Of a DNA stretch of 64,000 nt, positions 61,050 through 64,000 are shown piece after piece. The stretch is from Vulcanimicrobiota bacterium (GTDB lineage: Bacteria; Vulcanimicrobiota; Vulcanimicrobiia; Vulcanimicrobiales; Vulcanimicrobiaceae). A model generated the notes under the pieces. The model had not been told where the DNA came from and searched no databases. It saw only the letters and a program-made list of their open reading frames with translations. Location of the stretch: NCBI GenBank assembly GCA_963695225.1, contig OY968762.1, positions 704,001-768,000 of the forward strand, given 5' to 3'. Each line of letters begins with the position of its first letter. Positions within the stretch are counted from its first letter, which is position 1. The position numbers and the translations under genes are program-made.

Positions 61050-61904
61050 CTAGTGCGGATGATAGAACAGCCCTGCGGCGTACGCGATCGCAACGGCCGC
61101 GGGGTGCAGGATCGCCTGCGAGCAGAGCGTCCCCACGATCGCCGTCAGGGCGAGATAGAAGACCATCGCTTTCACTTCTTCGAGGGAGCGTTCACCCTTC
61201 GCCGCCTGGTCCGTGATATAGGCCGACGTCGGGTCGACGACGAGCGTGAACGTGACGGTCGCGATCCCGTTGATCAGCCCCGAGAGCCCGGTCGCCGTGG
61301 TCCGGGCGGCGAGGTTGAGCACGGAAGCATAGTACGCGGCGACGACGCCGATAGCGTAGATCGCGGTCACCAGCACGTTGAAGACCAGGAGCTTGCGCGG
61401 AACGGAGTTTGGACTGAAGCGGCGCAAGGTCGCGAGCGAAGGGGGCCGGATCCCCGCGAGGATCGACCAGGCAACGCGCGGATCGGCGAGCCGCGAAAGA
61501 GCGGCGAGGACCGAGCCCGTCCGCTCGAACGCGGCGATCCCGCGCAGGAAGAGCGTGATGAACGTGGGGAGGAGCAGCGCGCCGATCACCGTTCCGATGG
61601 TCCCGGCCAGGACGATCCAGCGAATCTGCAGCTCGAGCGTCTGCGCAACGGCGGGTGCCACGGCATGCGCGTGGGGAGCGGCGCCGTGCGCCGCCGCATC
61701 GGCGAGCGCCCCGAGCGCCGGCGTCAAGAACAGCGATGCCAGCCGGCTCGCCGTCACGAACAAGTTGAAGAGCGAGATCGAGGTCGCGATCCGGCCGGAC
61801 TGCACGCCGGCCAGGCGCGCCGCGTAGGCGCCGATCTGGATCGCTTGCACGACGGCATTGAGCGCCATCGCGAGCAGGAGCTGCGACGACCAGAAGCTCG
61901 ACAA
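61050..61904 (-). CDS. amj: Amj (DUF2837) family lipid II flippase
   Basis: AYAARLAGV...SLFNLF..SR, SGLINGIAT, VDP. Confidence 0.8.
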   Translation of the reverse strand: MSSFWSSQLLLAMALNAVVQAIQIGAYAARLAGVQSGRIATSISLFNLFVTASRLASLFLTPALGALADAAAHGAAPHAHAVAPAVAQTLELQIRWIVLAGTIGTVIGALLLPTFITLFLRGIAAFERTGSVLAALSRLADPRVAWSILAGIRPPSLATLRRFSPNSVPRKLLVFNVLVTAIYAIGVVAAYYASVLNLAARTTATGLSGLINGIATVTFTLVVDPTSAYITDQAAKGERSLEEVKAMVFYLALTAIVGTLCSQAILHPAAVAIAYAAGLFYHPH

Positions 61905-61923
61905 AGGATAAAACCGATCTCGC

Positions 61924-63186
61924 CTACGCTACGGCGGAGTCCGGACGCCAAGAGATCGCCACGTCTTCGACCGGACCGAGGACGCACACGCCGAGCCGCG
62001 ACGGGGCGAGCAGATCGCGCGCGAGCGCGTCCACCTCGTCCTTCGTCACCGCGTCGACGCCCGCTTCGATTTCCTCCGTCGGTACGCACCGGCCGAACGA
62101 GAACTCCGAACGCCCGAGCCGCACCATCCGGCTCGACGTGCTCTCGAGCGAGAGCGTGAGACTCCCCTTGATGTGCTCTTTCGCGAGGCGTATTTCGGCG
62201 TCGGTGACGCCGCGCTCCGCCGCCGCATGCACTTCGGAAACGATCACGTCGATGCACTCGTCGACGCTTGCGGGCGAAGTGCCGGCCGAGACGCCGAAGA
62301 GTCCGGCGCCTCGATACCCCTGCTGGAAGGAATACACGCTGTACGCGAGGCCGCGCTTCTCGCGCACTTCCTGGAACAAGCGGCTCGACATCCCGCCGCC
62401 GAGAATCGTATCGAGGACCGAAAGCGTGTAGCGCCGCTCGTCGCGAACCGAGAGGCCGCCCGTGCCGAGCACGACGTAGGCTTGTTCCGTATCCTTCGTC
62501 TTGACGAGCCGTTGCGGCGTCAAGCGCGGCACCTCGGCGCTCGGGGCTTCGCAGCTCCCCTCGAAGCTCGCGAACGCGCCGGCGAACGCCGCTACGATCT
62601 GCTCGTGCGCCACGTTCCCGGCGGCGGAGACCACGACGGTGTTCGGCGCGTAATGCTCGCGCATGTGCGCACGCAGATCCTCGCGCGCGAACGACGAAAC
62701 CGTCTCCGCGTACCCGATCGTCGGCTCTCCGAGATTCGAACCGGTCCACATCATGCGCGTGAAGAGATCGTGGATCATCTCGTCGGGAGAGTCGTCGTAC
62801 ATGCGAATCTCTTCGAGCACGACCTTCTGCTCTTTCGCGAGTTCGGCCGGGTCGAATTCAGAGTGGAGGAACATGTCGGAGAGAACGTCGATCGCGAGCG
62901 GAACGTGCTTGTCGATCACCTTCGCGTAGTAGCAGGTCGTCTCTTTATCCGTGAAGGCGTTCATCTGACCGCCGACGCGATCCATCTCTTCCGCGATCTC
63001 GCGTGCGGTGCGGCGCTCCGTCCCCTTGAACAGCATGTGCTCCACGAGATGCGAGACGCCGCGCTGCTCGCTCCGCTCGATCGCGGAGCCGACGTCGGCC
63101 CAGATGCCGAGCGACGCCGAGCGCACGTGCGGCATCTCCTCGGTGATGATCCGAACGCCGTTCGGAAGGATTGACTTTCGGTACAA
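61924..63186 (-). CDS. M16 family zinc peptidase
   Basis: LPNGVR, HLVEHMLFKGT (HxxEH), NAFT, LGGGMSSRLFQEVREKRGLAY. Confidence 0.92.
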   Translation of the reverse strand: MYRKSILPNGVRIITEEMPHVRSASLGIWADVGSAIERSEQRGVSHLVEHMLFKGTERRTAREIAEEMDRVGGQMNAFTDKETTCYYAKVIDKHVPLAIDVLSDMFLHSEFDPAELAKEQKVVLEEIRMYDDSPDEMIHDLFTRMMWTGSNLGEPTIGYAETVSSFAREDLRAHMREHYAPNTVVVSAAGNVAHEQIVAAFAGAFASFEGSCEAPSAEVPRLTPQRLVKTKDTEQAYVVLGTGGLSVRDERRYTLSVLDTILGGGMSSRLFQEVREKRGLAYSVYSFQQGYRGAGLFGVSAGTSPASVDECIDVIVSEVHAAAERGVTDAEIRLAKEHIKGSLTLSLESTSSRMVRLGRSEFSFGRCVPTEEIEAGVDAVTKDEVDALARDLLAPSRLGVCVLGPVEDVAISWRPDSAVA

Positions 63187-63188
63187 CG

Positions 63189-63809
63189 CTAACTCCCGGG
63201 TGCCCTGGCGGCCTCTACGCGCCCGGCATGATTCGGGGCATCCTTCCCCGGATCCGGTGCGCGCGCGGCGCGAGACCGATCCTCGAGCTCCGCGCGCCAT
63301 TCCGGCTGCCAATAGAGGCCTTCGCCCGCCCGCAGGCGGGCCGCATACGTCTTGCGATCGACGCGCCGGACGGTCGCCGAGAAGACCGGGTGGCTCGTCG
63401 GAACCGCGAGATCGCCGGAGACGATCGCGCCGGGCGCGACGGGGATGGGGACCGTCGCCCACACGTCGACTTCTTCGACGTCGCCCGCTTCGAACGTCGC
63501 CTCGACCAGCTCGATCACTTGCTCGACGAAGCCCGCGGGATCGACCGGCTCGCGCAGCTTGACGCCGGAAAGAACGAGCCCGGCGATCTGATGCGAGCCG
63601 ACGCCGTCGACGCGAATCTTCAGAATCTGCGCCGGTCCGCGCGTTTCGAGAAGCGACCGGCCGATCTTGATCGCCTCTTCCCTGCGATTTCCGGCGGCGC
63701 GCGCGAGCGCGTTCACTTCGACCGTCGAAGGCTGAGCCACCGCGGACGAAACGGGTACGCCCGCCGCCGTCGCGACTGCCAGTACCGCCGCGAGGACGCC
63801 GTTACGCAT
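63189..63809 (-). CDS. secreted hypothetical protein
   Basis: Signal peptide; EEVDVWATVP. Confidence 0.6.
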   Translation of the reverse strand: MRNGVLAAVLAVATAAGVPVSSAVAQPSTVEVNALARAAGNRREEAIKIGRSLLETRGPAQILKIRVDGVGSHQIAGLVLSGVKLREPVDPAGFVEQVIELVEATFEAGDVEEVDVWATVPIPVAPGAIVSGDLAVPTSHPVFSATVRRVDRKTYAARLRAGEGLYWQPEWRAELEDRSRAARAPDPGKDAPNHAGRVEAARAPGS

Positions 63810-64000
63810 CAATAGCTCTGCGCGAAGTATGCGCGCACTTTCGCCGGTTCTCCGCACGCGACGCAGACGTTGGTCTCTCCGGGTGCGCCTTGCGCCGCTT
63901 GCAGCGGCCGGCAATTGCGCGTCGAGGCGCCCGTCGCTTCTTTCACGGCCTCTTCGCACTCGCGACGGTCGCACCACGGAATCTCGACCATCCCGGCACG
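63809..64000 (-). CDS. proS: prolyl-tRNA synthetase C-terminus (archaeal/eukaryote-like type), partial
   Basis: WC...CEE.VK..TGASTRNCRP...CVACG...YFAQSY terminal motif. Confidence 0.8.
   Translation of the reverse strand, partial: RAGMVEIPWCDRRECEEAVKEATGASTRNCRPLQAAQGAPGETNVCVACGEPAKVRAYFAQSY

Overview
High-GC bacterial chromosomal window, mostly minus-strand housekeeping operons. Firmicutes-like synteny (rpsU-yqeY-nfeD-floA-phoH-ybeY-dgkA-cdd-recO; ruvX-mltG; rpmE-prfA-prmC) together with many S53/lipoprotein-type secreted proteins suggests a Terrabacteria lineage such as Vulcanimicrobiota/Eremiobacterota (inference only). It contains five tRNAs with tadA, pyrG, a heptose-biosynthesis/lipid-linked glycosylation island (27.3-37.6 kb), a split NAD synthetase with cinA, and a second GtrA/GT-C locus. 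Most notable: (1) a luciferase-less luxE-luxC pair translationally coupled to a class-III aminotransferase, in an operon with metY and a Gfo/Idh/MocA oxidoreductase; (2) a dispersed, nested GTAG-initiated structured repeat (three full copies plus two tandem sub-copies) with clear compensatory base changes; (3) a proline-rich MgtL-like leader ORF ahead of a CorB/CNNM-family gene; (4) repeated evidence for non-canonical CTG/ATC start codons. No CRISPR array, integrase or transposase was seen. All calls come from motif recognition by eye; no database searches were run.
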